A stretch of 64,000 nucleotides of DNA from an uncultured Candidatus Rokubacteria bacterium (GCA_963826115.1 CAWGVS010000006.1:832001-896000), one strand, 5' to 3'. Numbered from the stretch's first letter, positions 46,884 to 56,018 are shown. Notes: generated from the sequence alone by a model not told the origin. Numbers and translations: made by a program.

Positions 46884-46949
46884 CGGTCAGGCGCTCCAGA
46901 TCGTCTGGCCGCCGTCGATGAAGAGCGAGGCGCCCGTGACGAGCCGCGA
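46884..46949. repeat. Direct repeat copy 2 (3' end of the SDR gene)
   Basis: Matches 45729-45794; offset 1155 bp. Confidence 0.9.
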
Positions 46950-47660
46950 CTCCGACGTCGCGGCGAGGAACACCACGGCGCCTACCACGTCGTCCGGGAC
47001 GCCGATCTCGCGGAGCGGGATGCGCGCGAGCCGGCGCTCCCGGAACGCGGGCTGGGCGATGTCGGCGCGGTTCAGGTCCGTCTCGATGAGCCCGGGGCAG
47101 ATCGCGTTGACCCGAATCCGGTGGGGCGCCAGCTCCAGCGCGAGCTGCTTCGTCAGCATCTCGATCCCGGCCTTCGCCACGCAGTAGTGGGTGAGGTTGG
47201 GCGCGGCGACGGCCTGACCCGCCGAGGACGTGTTGACGATGGCGCCCTCGATCCCGCGCTCGATCATGTGCCGCGCGACGGCCTGACTGACGAGGAAGTA
47301 GCCCTTCAGGTTCGTGTCCAGGATCCAGTCCCACTCGCGCTCCTCGATCTCGAGGAGCGGCGTGCGCTTGAGGACGCCCGCGTTGTTGATCAGGAGGTCG
47401 ATCGCCCCCAGGGCTTCCACGGCGTCCCGCACGAGCCGGTCGACGTCCGCCCGGACCGAGGTGTCCCCCTGGACGACGGCCGCACGGCGCCCGAGCGCCC
47501 GGATGGCCCCCGCTGTCTCCTCCGCCGCCGCGCGGTCCTGGCGGTAGTTGACCGCCACATCGGCGCCTTCCCGCGCCAGGCCGACGGAGATGGCCCGCCC
47601 GATGCTGCGGGATCCGCCGGTCACCAGCGCGCGCCGACCCTGGAGGCGCACGGGGCTCAC
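46887..47660 (-). CDS. Short-chain dehydrogenase/reductase (FabG-like)
   Basis: VTGGSRSIG, NNAG, YCVAK, VNAICPG, VTGASLFIDGG. Confidence 0.92.
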   Translation of the reverse strand: MSPVRLQGRRALVTGGSRSIGRAISVGLAREGADVAVNYRQDRAAAEETAGAIRALGRRAAVVQGDTSVRADVDRLVRDAVEALGAIDLLINNAGVLKRTPLLEIEEREWDWILDTNLKGYFLVSQAVARHMIERGIEGAIVNTSSAGQAVAAPNLTHYCVAKAGIEMLTKQLALELAPHRIRVNAICPGLIETDLNRADIAQPAFRERRLARIPLREIGVPDDVVGAVVFLAATSESRLVTGASLFIDGGQTIWSA

Positions 47661-47815
47661 CGGGCCACCGGGCGGCGGGGGGATCCCGCGCATTCGGCCG
47701 GGGGAAGTGGCTCGGACGGGCATCTTTCTGGGCTCACGGGTGGCCTCCTCGCCGGGCTGGGCGCCCGACGAGAATTTACCGCCGGCGAGGCCGTCGATAC
47801 TACCCTTGGGGCGGG

Positions 47816-48355
47816 ATGGCTCCGAGAGCGCGCCGAGGGGGCGAGATCGAGGGCCTCAAGGCCCGGATCGCGGAGGCCTTTGTCGAGTCGATCTTCCGGC
47901 GGGCCGGCTACCGCGTGTCGCGCGCCGGCCGCGAGGGCCCGCCGCTCCGCCCGGTGAAGGTGGGGCTCGACGAGTTCGTGCCGGACTTCCTGCTCCACAA
48001 GCCGAGTGGCGAGACACCCGGCGGACGCGCGCGTCATCGCCTCGTCCCGATCGAGGTCAAGTATCGCGAGAGCGTCGAGGAGTTCCTCGGGAGTCACGGC
48101 CCGGAGCTCCTCTCGACGCTGCGCGGGCAGTGGCCGGAGCTCTGCCTCGTCCTCGTGACCGACCATCCCGCTGCGGGGCGCTCGTGCTTCCAGGTGCTCG
48201 ACGTCGCCGCGGCGCGTCCCGACGCGCCACTCACGACCGTCGATCTCCACTACGTCCACGACTTCGACGTCTACCTCACCACCGCGCAGGAATACGAAGG
48301 GCTCGTCCGGCAGATCTTCCCGCTACTGCGCTTGGGCGGAGTGCCCGCGCCGTAG
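47816..48355 (+). CDS. PD-(D/E)XK nuclease-fold protein
   Basis: IAEAFVESIFRRAGYRV...VPDFLL...IEVKYR. Confidence 0.7.
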   Translation: MAPRARRGGEIEGLKARIAEAFVESIFRRAGYRVSRAGREGPPLRPVKVGLDEFVPDFLLHKPSGETPGGRARHRLVPIEVKYRESVEEFLGSHGPELLSTLRGQWPELCLVLVTDHPAAGRSCFQVLDVAAARPDAPLTTVDLHYVHDFDVYLTTAQEYEGLVRQIFPLLRLGGVPAP

Positions 48356-48422
48356 ACGCGGCCGGGCCACCGCGAAGGTCAGGCCGCCGTCCTGGCTGGA
48401 CGGCGGCTGTCCGGGCGCGGCG

Positions 48423-48866
48423 TCAGGGCGCGACGTTGCAGCCCATCCTCCCGCGCCCGCCGCGGTCGTCGGCCCATCGACCCGTGTGGGAGAAGGCTCC
48501 GGCTCCCTCGGCCAACCTGAACTGGACGTGGACTCCCAGCGGCTCGATCCCGAACGGCGCGCCCGGCAGCGGGTCGCCGGTGAAGCCGACGTAGGTGAAC
48601 CCACCGACGATCCCGAAGTTCTGGGCCACGAGAAGGGATCCGTAGACGGGGAGCAGCGGGGTGAGCGAGGCGTCATCCCACCGCCCCGTCAGGGCCAGCG
48701 TGGGGCCGGGCCCACTCAGCTGAAGAACGATGGCGATGCTGTTGCCACCGCCGAGGGTGCACGTGAGCGTGTCACCGTCCTGGAGCGCTGAGGCGCTCGT
48801 TGGGACGGCCAGGGTCCACACGGTCCACAGTCCGATCGCAACGAGGAGCCTCGGAAGCCTGGGCAT
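48423..48866 (-). CDS. Hypothetical secreted protein
   Basis: Purine-rich RBS; signal peptide ending ASA; two Cys near the mature termini. Confidence 0.6.
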   Translation of the reverse strand: MPRLPRLLVAIGLWTVWTLAVPTSASALQDGDTLTCTLGGGNSIAIVLQLSGPGPTLALTGRWDDASLTPLLPVYGSLLVAQNFGIVGGFTYVGFTGDPLPGAPFGIEPLGVHVQFRLAEGAGAFSHTGRWADDRGGRGRMGCNVAP

Positions 48867-48960
48867 GGGGTCCCCCTTTCCCGTTGTATGGCCGTAGCAT
48901 GGTGAGGCTACCCGGCCGAAGCCGGGGCACCAGGCATTATCTCGTATCGACCGCCAAACG

Positions 48961-49755
48961 TCAGCGCCGGGCCTGGCGCTCCTCCAGCAGCAGCGTCTGC
49001 ACGTCCGCCATGAGGAGGCGCGGGTCGAGGAAGTCGAGCCCGTAGATGTTGCGGACCCGCTGCTGGCGATCGATGAGATAGACGCGGAGCAGGTGGCTCG
49101 GGCTCGCCGTGGCGACGCCGGGCGCCGGGGGCCCCGCCGGACGCTGGACCAGCTGACCGTACCCCGCCAGGATCGGCGCGAGCTCCTTCTCCGACGGTGT
49201 CGTGAGGAAGTCCCACGGGCTCCGGGTCTCGCGGGTCGTGGCCACTCGGCCATACTTCGCCATCGTCTCGGGCGTGTCGTTGCCCGGGTCGAAGCTGAGC
49301 GTCACGAGCTTCACGTGGCGGACGAGCTCCGGATCGCCCGCGGTCGCGGCGTGGATCTGATGGAGCACGGCGGTCGCCAGGGGGCACCCGCGCGCGTCGC
49401 TGCAGCGGGTGAAGATGAAGCTCAGGATGACGAGCCTGCCGGACATGACGTCGCGCAGCCGCCGCGTGCGGCCGGCGGCGTCCAACACTGCCCCGTCGGC
49501 GGCGGGCTTCACGACCGGCAGCCGGTAGCTGCCCGGGCGGGGCGTCTCGAAGTCGAACTGCGCGCTCCTCACCTGCCGCTCGTCGACCGCCGCGGCCGGC
49601 GCCGCGCCCGCGCTCCCGTGGGCATGACCGCCGTGGGCCCACGCCCGGGCCGCCGGCCCCACGCCCAGGAGCAGGAGGGCCGCCGCCACGGCCACCCCGC
49701 CCGCCATGGTCCTCCCGCGCCCGCGCCGCCCCACCGAGTCGTGCCGAGTCGCCAT
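48961..49755 (-). CDS. SCO/SenC family copper chaperone
   Basis: FIFTRCSDARGCP, LSFDPGNDTPE, WDFLT, SHLLRVYLID; His-rich HGGHAH after the signal peptide. Confidence 0.9.
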   Translation of the reverse strand: MATRHDSVGRRGRGRTMAGGVAVAAALLLLGVGPAARAWAHGGHAHGSAGAAPAAAVDERQVRSAQFDFETPRPGSYRLPVVKPAADGAVLDAAGRTRRLRDVMSGRLVILSFIFTRCSDARGCPLATAVLHQIHAATAGDPELVRHVKLVTLSFDPGNDTPETMAKYGRVATTRETRSPWDFLTTPSEKELAPILAGYGQLVQRPAGPPAPGVATASPSHLLRVYLIDRQQRVRNIYGLDFLDPRLLMADVQTLLLEERQARR

Positions 49756-49822
49756 CGCATCCTCCGCCTTCGCCGCCGGAGCGGCGAGCCCCTGCCGGGC
49801 CCGCCGCTCCGGGCCGTCGTCC

Positions 49823-51289
49823 TTACTTGTAGAGGGCCGCGCTGCCGAACCGCATGACGTGCGGCCGCCCCAGCTTGAGCTGCGTGAAGTCGAGCTGGAA
49901 GCGCTCGCGCAGCTCGGCGCCGTCCCAGGTGTAGGCGCGAAGGAACTGCTCGTTGTCCGCGCCGCCCTTGTCCCACTTGGCGAGGAGCGAGCTCGTGAAG
50001 TACAGGCGCTTGCCGTCCCAGCTCTGGGACACCATGTTGAGCTGGCGGCCGATCTTCTTCTCGTAGACCTGCTTCGGCTTGAAGGGGTCCGACACGTCGT
50101 ACGCCCGGACCAGGCCGTCCATGAAGGAGTCGACCCACAGCGTCCGGTCGTCGGCCGAGAGGCTGATGTCGACCGGGAGGGGGACCTTCGTCGGGTCGCC
50201 GACGTTCCCCACGGCCTTGGCCTGCCACTCGCCCCGCTCGTCCTCGTAGATCAGCCAGATCTGCGCGCCGAGGGCCGTCGTCGTGAACGCGTAGTTGTGC
50301 GTCGGGCCCCACGCCACGCGGACCTCGAGCGGGGCGCCGGGCACGTGGAAGACCTTCTTCGGCTGCCGCTGGTGGAAGTTCCACACGGCCGCGGTCTGGC
50401 CGAAGCGCTTCATCGCCTCCGGGTCCTGCAGCACCTCGCCGATGTTGCGCATGTAGTTGTCCCAGCCGGTGAACGAGGTCGTGAACATGACGTTCTTCCG
50501 CGGGAGGACGCGGGCGTCGTAGCCGTACCCGTCCGCGACCTTCTCGATGACCGCGCCGCGCGGGTCGGCGCTGGTGGGCATCCAGTGGGTGGTGATGAAC
50601 CGGCCCTCGTTCGTGTACTCGACGATGGCCGTCCGGCCCGTCTTGTCGTTGGCGTTCGACAGGCCGCCGATCAGCATCCGCCCGGGAAGCGCGTAGAAGC
50701 CGTGCGGGCCGACCACGCCGCCCGAGGCCTGGACGAAGTCGTCGATCGTCCGCACGAGCCGAGGCTTTGCCGGATCCGTGTGGACGTCGAAGACGAAGAT
50801 CTGGCTCGTGTCGATGCCGCTCGCCCAGAGGAACCGCCGGTCGTCGGTGAAGTCCGCGTGGTGCGCCTCGTACCGCCCGCCGACCGAGACCGAGTGGATC
50901 ACCTGGCCGTGGGTCGGCGACCCGCGGCGCGAGTCGACGGTCACGAGCTTGTCGGAGCCGTCGCCCAGGCCCTCGACGCCGAGGGTCCAGACGTAGACGT
51001 ACTCCTCCTCGCCGGTGATCTTCGGCATGTACGGCGACTGGCACGTCTCGTCCGCCCGCGCGCCCATGGGCGTGGCGAAGAGGGCCAGGAGGGCGATAGC
51101 CGCCGCCGCCCCGCGCGCGCCCCGCAGGCTCGCCACCGGCCTCCGCGTGGCTCGGATGACCCTGCCGGGCATCCGCGCCGGCGCGGCGACGAGCCGATCG
51201 GCCAGCCAACCGATCCCGCCGATCAGGGAGAGCCCGAGATACCCCCACCACCACTCGATCCATTCGGCCCGTTCGCGTCGCTCGTCCAT
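49823..51289 (-). CDS. mtoX: Methanethiol oxidase / selenium-binding protein (SBP56 family)
   Basis: DETCQSPY, YVWTLG, SDKLVTVD, EAHH, GPHG, YGYD, GAPLE, PVDISLS, SQSWDGKRLYFTSSLLAKWD, PH; adjacent SCO gene. Confidence 0.85.
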   Translation of the reverse strand: MDERRERAEWIEWWWGYLGLSLIGGIGWLADRLVAAPARMPGRVIRATRRPVASLRGARGAAAAIALLALFATPMGARADETCQSPYMPKITGEEEYVYVWTLGVEGLGDGSDKLVTVDSRRGSPTHGQVIHSVSVGGRYEAHHADFTDDRRFLWASGIDTSQIFVFDVHTDPAKPRLVRTIDDFVQASGGVVGPHGFYALPGRMLIGGLSNANDKTGRTAIVEYTNEGRFITTHWMPTSADPRGAVIEKVADGYGYDARVLPRKNVMFTTSFTGWDNYMRNIGEVLQDPEAMKRFGQTAAVWNFHQRQPKKVFHVPGAPLEVRVAWGPTHNYAFTTTALGAQIWLIYEDERGEWQAKAVGNVGDPTKVPLPVDISLSADDRTLWVDSFMDGLVRAYDVSDPFKPKQVYEKKIGRQLNMVSQSWDGKRLYFTSSLLAKWDKGGADNEQFLRAYTWDGAELRERFQLDFTQLKLGRPHVMRFGSAALYK

Positions 51290-51344
51290 GGCCCGTCCTC
51301 CTTCTCTCGTATCGGATGTGATTGAGCGTCCTGCATGAGGAATG

Positions 51345-51359
51345 GCAAGGACGGTGCCG
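51345..51359 (-). promoter_or_regulatory. Sigma54 -24/-12 promoter of mtoX-SCO
   Basis: Minus strand CGGCAC-CGTCC-TTGC versus consensus TGGCAC-N5-TTGC. Confidence 0.7.
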
Positions 51360-51375
51360 ACCTGTTGAGTCGTTA

Positions 51376-51388
51376 AAACAGATAGTTG
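51376..51388 (+). promoter_or_regulatory. IHF-like site
   Basis: AAACAGATAGTTG, one mismatch to WATCARNNNNTTR, in an AT-rich patch between promoter and palindrome. Confidence 0.45.
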
Positions 51389-51421
51389 CGTGGTACTCGT
51401 CCAATCGGCGGCTGGCGAAGC

Positions 51422-51447
51422 CTGTCGAATTCGACAGCTTTCGACAG
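51422..51447. promoter_or_regulatory. Palindromic upstream activator site
   Basis: Perfect 16-bp palindrome CTGTCGAATTCGACAG (51422-51437) plus an extra half-site TTCGACAG (51440-51447). Confidence 0.6.
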
Positions 51448-51496
51448 GCAGGGGGCGGCGGTTACGGAGGTGCAGCCGCCCGGGGGATCGAGGGGG

Positions 51497-54259
51497 CTAC
51501 GGGTCTCCGGCGCCGGGGTCCGTGCCGGCGACGACGAGCGTGGCCCGCTCCGGATGGAGGTGCTGCCGGGCGGCCCGGTTCGCCTGGGCGACCGTCACCG
51601 CGCGGTAGTGATCCGCGTAGCGGTCGAGGTAGTCCGCGCCGAGGCGATAGAACTCCATCGCCCAGAGCACGTCGGCCATCCCGACGTTGGTCTCGAGGCG
51701 GAGCGGGAAGCGGCCGGTCAGGTACGCGACGGCCTCGTCCCGTTCCCGCCGGGTGATCCCGCGGTCGCGGAGGCGCTCCACCTCGGAGAGGAGGGTCTCG
51801 ATGGCGCGCCGGGCGTTCGAGGGGTTCGTGCCGAGCGCCGCCGCGAACGGTCCGGGATACCAGCCCGCGTCGAAGAAGCTCTCGACGGTGTAGGCGAGCC
51901 CCAGCTCGTCGCGGATCACGGTGCCGAGCCGGCTGTTGAGCGCGCCACCGCCGCCGAGGACCAGGTTCATGACCTGGGCGGCGTAGAAGTCGGGGTCGCT
52001 CCGGCGGAGTCCCCCCGCGTGCCCCCACAGGATCGCGGTCTGGCTCTTGTCGGGGATCGCGATCAGGATCCTTTCCGGGGCTGGCTGGAGCGGGAGGTCG
52101 AGCGCCGGCGGCGGCTCGGCCTCGGGGTTCCGTGGCCAGGCGCCGAGACGCGTCTCCACGACCTCGCGGATCCGGTCCGCGGTCACGTTGCCCGTCACGA
52201 CGAGGATCAGCCCATCGGGCCCGTACTGGTGGGCGTGGAACGCGAGCAGGTCGTCGCGGGTCAAACGCCCGACGGCGGCCTCGGCCTCGTCGAACGTCGG
52301 CGGCCGGAGCGGGTGTCCCGGCGGGAAGATGGCGCGCTCGAACGCCCGCTCCGCCGCGCTGTCCGGGTCGTCCTTCGCCTGGGCGAGCTGGGCCAGGACC
52401 TCGCCCTTCAGGCGGCCGAACTCGGCGGCCGGGAACGCCGGGTGGCGCAGCATCTCGGCGAAGAGGTCCATCAGCCGGTCGAGGTCCCGGCTCTCCGCGC
52501 GGCCGGAGATCATCGTGGCGAGCGAGTCCGCGGAGGCGGAGAGGTTCGCGCCGACGTCCTCCAGCTGGGTGGCGAACGCGCGCGCCGTCCGCACCTCGGT
52601 CCCGCGGCTCAGCATGGCGGCGGTGAGGGAGGCGAGGCCCGACTTGCCCTCGGGATCGAGGACGTGCCCCGCCGGCAGGCTGGCCCGGAGCGCGAGCGTC
52701 GGGCTCGCGGGGCTTTCCTGGACGACGAGGGTGATCCCGTTCGCCAGCGTGAAGCGGGTGACGTGCCGGTCGACCGGGGCCAGCCGCGACGGCGGCGGGA
52801 TCGGGATCGCGCGGGCGCCCCGGCCCGCCTTCTCGACGCGCGCGGCCGCCTCCTGGAGCGGCGTCGCCGGCGATCCGGCGCCGAGCGTGGGCACGAAGTG
52901 CCCGACGGTGCGCGTGTCCGCGAGGAAGTACTTCCGCGCCACCGCTTGCACCGCGTCGGGGGTCAACGCGCGGATGCGCTCCAGGTACGTCGTGAGGTAG
53001 CGCCAGTCGTCGACCATCGCCCAGTAGCCGAGCTCGCGGCACTGCGCCGAGACGCTCTCCGTCTGGTACGCGAAGCTCGACTCGATCCGGCGCGTGGCGC
53101 GCTGGAGCTCCTCGACGGTGATCGGCGCCTCCCGGACCCGCTCGATCTCCTCGAGCAGCGCGGCCTCGAGCTTCGGGGCGGACACGCCCGGCCGCGCGGT
53201 CGCCGTCACGAAGAACAGGAAGGGATCGTGGAGGGTCGGGGCGCCCGCATCGACGCTCGAGGCCAGCTCGGTCTCGACGAGCGCCTGGTAGAGGCGCCCG
53301 GTTCGACCCTCGCCCAGGACGGTCCCCAGCACGTCGAGCGCGTAGAAGTCCGAGCTCGAGCCCGCCGGCGCTCGGTACGCCAGCGTCACGATCGGGAGGG
53401 CGCCCGCCTGGTTGACCGTGACGCGCCGCTCGCCGCGCTGCTCGGGCTCGGCCGTGTAGACGCGGGGCGGCGCGGGGATCGGCGGGATCGGGCCGAAGTG
53501 CTTGTGGACGAGGTCCAGGGCCTGCTTGGTGTCGAAGTCGCCGACGATGACGACCGTCGCGTTGTTGGGCCCGTAGTGGGCCCGGTAGTACTCGCGGAGG
53601 GCCTCGCGCGGCATCTGCTCGACGTCGCTCCGCCAGCCGATGACCGGCCAGTGGTAGGGATGCGCCTGGATCGCCGTGGCCGTCACCGCCTGGCGGAGCA
53701 GCGTCTCGGGGTCGTTCTCTCCGCCCTCGAGCTCGCTCCGGACGACCGTCATCTCCGAGTCGAGGTCCGCCTTGTCGATCCGGCTGTGGGTCATCCGGTC
53801 CGCCTCGAGCTCGACGGCCAGCTCCAGGCGGTCGGCGGCCAGCGTCTCGAAGTAGCTGGTCCAGTCGTAGTACGTGTTGGCGTTGAAGCTCGCGCCGTTC
53901 AGGAACAGCGTGCGGGCGATCTCGCCGGCGCGGTACCGCCGCGTGCCCTTGAACATCATGTGCTCGAGCAGGTGCGAGACCCCGGTGATGCCGGTGTGCT
54001 CGTTGCGGGAGCCGACCCGGTACCACACGCCGAAGCTCACCACCGGCGCGCTCCGGACCTCCTTCGTCAGGACGCGGAGCCCGTTGGGGAGGCGAGTCTC
54101 GGTCACCCCCGCCGTCGGCCCGCGGTCCGACGCCGGGGGCGCCGCCTGGCCTGAGACGAGGGTCACGACCGGGAACCCCAGGAGGGCGCCGAGGAGGACC
54201 GCCGGGAGCAGGGGGCGGGGACCGGGCCGGGGGCGGGGCGGACGCGAGGTGCCATCCAT
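51497..54259 (-). CDS. M16 family (pitrilysin-like) zinc peptidase, secreted, two-module
   Basis: LPNGL, YRVGSRNE, HLLEHMMFKGT (HxxEH), NANT, HPY; second module without HxxEH; GGAGG RBS. Confidence 0.93.
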   Translation of the reverse strand: MDGTSRPPRPRPGPRPLLPAVLLGALLGFPVVTLVSGQAAPPASDRGPTAGVTETRLPNGLRVLTKEVRSAPVVSFGVWYRVGSRNEHTGITGVSHLLEHMMFKGTRRYRAGEIARTLFLNGASFNANTYYDWTSYFETLAADRLELAVELEADRMTHSRIDKADLDSEMTVVRSELEGGENDPETLLRQAVTATAIQAHPYHWPVIGWRSDVEQMPREALREYYRAHYGPNNATVVIVGDFDTKQALDLVHKHFGPIPPIPAPPRVYTAEPEQRGERRVTVNQAGALPIVTLAYRAPAGSSSDFYALDVLGTVLGEGRTGRLYQALVETELASSVDAGAPTLHDPFLFFVTATARPGVSAPKLEAALLEEIERVREAPITVEELQRATRRIESSFAYQTESVSAQCRELGYWAMVDDWRYLTTYLERIRALTPDAVQAVARKYFLADTRTVGHFVPTLGAGSPATPLQEAAARVEKAGRGARAIPIPPPSRLAPVDRHVTRFTLANGITLVVQESPASPTLALRASLPAGHVLDPEGKSGLASLTAAMLSRGTEVRTARAFATQLEDVGANLSASADSLATMISGRAESRDLDRLMDLFAEMLRHPAFPAAEFGRLKGEVLAQLAQAKDDPDSAAERAFERAIFPPGHPLRPPTFDEAEAAVGRLTRDDLLAFHAHQYGPDGLILVVTGNVTADRIREVVETRLGAWPRNPEAEPPPALDLPLQPAPERILIAIPDKSQTAILWGHAGGLRRSDPDFYAAQVMNLVLGGGGALNSRLGTVIRDELGLAYTVESFFDAGWYPGPFAAALGTNPSNARRAIETLLSEVERLRDRGITRRERDEAVAYLTGRFPLRLETNVGMADVLWAMEFYRLGADYLDRYADHYRAVTVAQANRAARQHLHPERATLVVAGTDPGAGDP

Positions 54260-54281
54260 CGATCGTACCTCCACTGTCGAG

Positions 54282-54953
54282 TCATCGTCTCACCGGATCG
54301 ACGATTCTCACCGAGCGGCGGCCCGTCCGCCCGAGGGGGACCCGGACGCGCTCGCCCAGTCCGACGAACGTCCCCGGCGCCATCGAATAGAGGAGCTGGA
54401 CGAACGTGACGTCGGCGGCGGTGATGTCGCCGTTGCCGCCATCAGGGTCCATCAGCCCGCCGTCCGAGGTGTGGCCGAGGAACCCGATGGCATGGCCCGT
54501 CTCGTGAGCGACCGTGCGCTGGCACTGAGGTCCCCGGAAGACGCTCTGGACGACCTCGATGTCGGCGCCCACGATGCGGCCGTCGGGGCCGTAGTCGACC
54601 ACCGTCGATCCGCACTCGTCCTCGCCGCCGCCGTAGCGGAAGGAGATGCCTGCCGCGGGCGGGCTCCCGACGAAGGTGAACGACACGGCGCCGGCGGTGG
54701 CCCCGGCCCACGCGTTCACCTCGTCCGCTCGCGCGATGTCGTTCAGGAGGACCGGGATCGGCAGGCTCGGCCATCGCACTGTCCGGCCGTCGTTCTGGCT
54801 GGCGTTGAGGGCGATGAGGAGGTCGGTGCCACTGCCGGGCGGGCCGCTCGGGTGGTCCTTGCCGCCGCATCCCGCGGTCGCGAGGACGACCGTGACGAGC
54901 GCCAGCGCGATCCGGAGGGTCCGATGGAGGGACGCGGGCCGCTCGGCCATCAC
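54282..54953 (-). CDS. Matrixin/metzincin-family metalloprotease lipoprotein
   Basis: Lipobox LATAGC; HETGHAIGFLGH (HExxHxxGxxH) and Met-turn GLMDP. Confidence 0.88.
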   Translation of the reverse strand: MMAERPASLHRTLRIALALVTVVLATAGCGGKDHPSGPPGSGTDLLIALNASQNDGRTVRWPSLPIPVLLNDIARADEVNAWAGATAGAVSFTFVGSPPAAGISFRYGGGEDECGSTVVDYGPDGRIVGADIEVVQSVFRGPQCQRTVAHETGHAIGFLGHTSDGGLMDPDGGNGDITAADVTFVQLLYSMAPGTFVGLGERVRVPLGRTGRRSVRIVDPVRR

Positions 54954-55109
54954 GCCAGCCCTCCGCTCGATCGGTTCACGCGTGTCTCCTCTTCGGTCGG
55001 GAGCCCTCGGGTCCGCGGTGCCCCGGCTCGTGCGCCGTCGCTCCGGCGCGGTGAGGCGGAACGCGGCGGGCGGGGTTGCCCGGCGTCAGGGCGCCGGGCC
55101 GAAGGGGGA

Positions 55110-55409
55110 TCAGCCGGCGATCGGCGGGCCGCGCGACGCCGACGCCTGGTGCGCGGCGTCCGACCCGTCGGGCGGCGGCGGGAGGAGCGCAACCCCGGCG
55201 AGGGCGAGGGGGACGACGAGGTCCACGACCGGCGAGGGGCCGATCTCGGGTCCGCTGGCCGAGAGCTGGGCGAGGGCGCACTCGTCGTCGTGCAGCGTGG
55301 GGGCGTCCGCGCGGTGCTCGTGGAGCGGGGGCGCCGTCGCGGCGACGAGCGCGAGCGCCAGGACCACCGGGAGTGCGCGCGCGAGGCGCGCGAGGATCGA
55401 CTCGCCCAT
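55110..55409 (-). CDS. DUF2946-like small protein with C-terminal RGPP motif
   Basis: Signal/anchor helix, LHEH..LHDDECALA, Pro-rich linker, SRGPPIAG*. Confidence 0.65.
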   Translation of the reverse strand: MGESILARLARALPVVLALALVAATAPPLHEHRADAPTLHDDECALAQLSASGPEIGPSPVVDLVVPLALAGVALLPPPPDGSDAAHQASASRGPPIAG

Positions 55410-55461
55410 GGCTGTCCCGGAGTATACGCCTCGGCGCACCGCGCCCCGATCCGGGCTCGCG

Positions 55462-55674
55462 GTGGGAGACGCCGCCGTCAGGATCGACGCGCGGGAGGAC
55501 GAGGGCACGGCGTTCCGGGCCGAGGCGCGCCAGGCATACCTCCTGGCGCTCTTCCGCGCGCGCGACGCCAGAGCGCCGGAGGGCATCGCCCGCGTGGCCG
55601 ACGCCTTCGCCGCGCTCGGCGACCGGGAGATGGCCGCGCGGGCTCGCGCGGTCCGCGTCCGGGGAGCCCGCTGA
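55462..55674 (+). pseudogene. Possible 3' fragment of a helical hypothetical protein
   Basis: VGDAAVRI...ARQAYLLALFRAR...VADAFAALGDREMAA with host-like codons; no RBS seen. Confidence 0.35.
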
Positions 55675-55988
55675 TGGGCCGGGGCCGGAGCTCGCGCGCT
55701 ACGCGCGCTTGAGCAGGTCCCTGTCGATGGGCCACCGAAAACGCCCCGTTCACGCTGCTGTTTCGCGGACTTCGTCAGCCGCGCGCGGGTCGAACGGTCG
55801 TGCGCCGTCGCCATCGGGAACGTCGCGGATGCACGGTCGACACTCCTGCTGCTCCCCTCCGCCAGTAACCGATAAGACAGTCCGGCCGGGCCAGGCGCCT
55901 GGGTTCTGGCGCTCCCGCTGACTTCCTGCGCAAGCTCGCACGGGTTAGGTGACACGCAGCATGTCACCCGTGGGACGAGCACACCGTA

Positions 55989-56018
55989 TTGACAAGCTTC
56001 GCCGGCGAATCCTAGACT
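55989..56018 (+). promoter_or_regulatory. Sigma70 promoter with palindrome in the spacer
   Basis: TTGACA-N18-TAGACT; TTCGCCGGCGAA perfect palindrome at 55998-56009. Confidence 0.6.

Noticed and set aside
49823-51289. Selenium-metabolism link between the 'selenium-binding protein' and the UGA-containing AhpD gene
   Set aside because: The SBP56 name is historical and the family functions as methanethiol oxidase; the genes are 4 kb apart with unrelated genes between.
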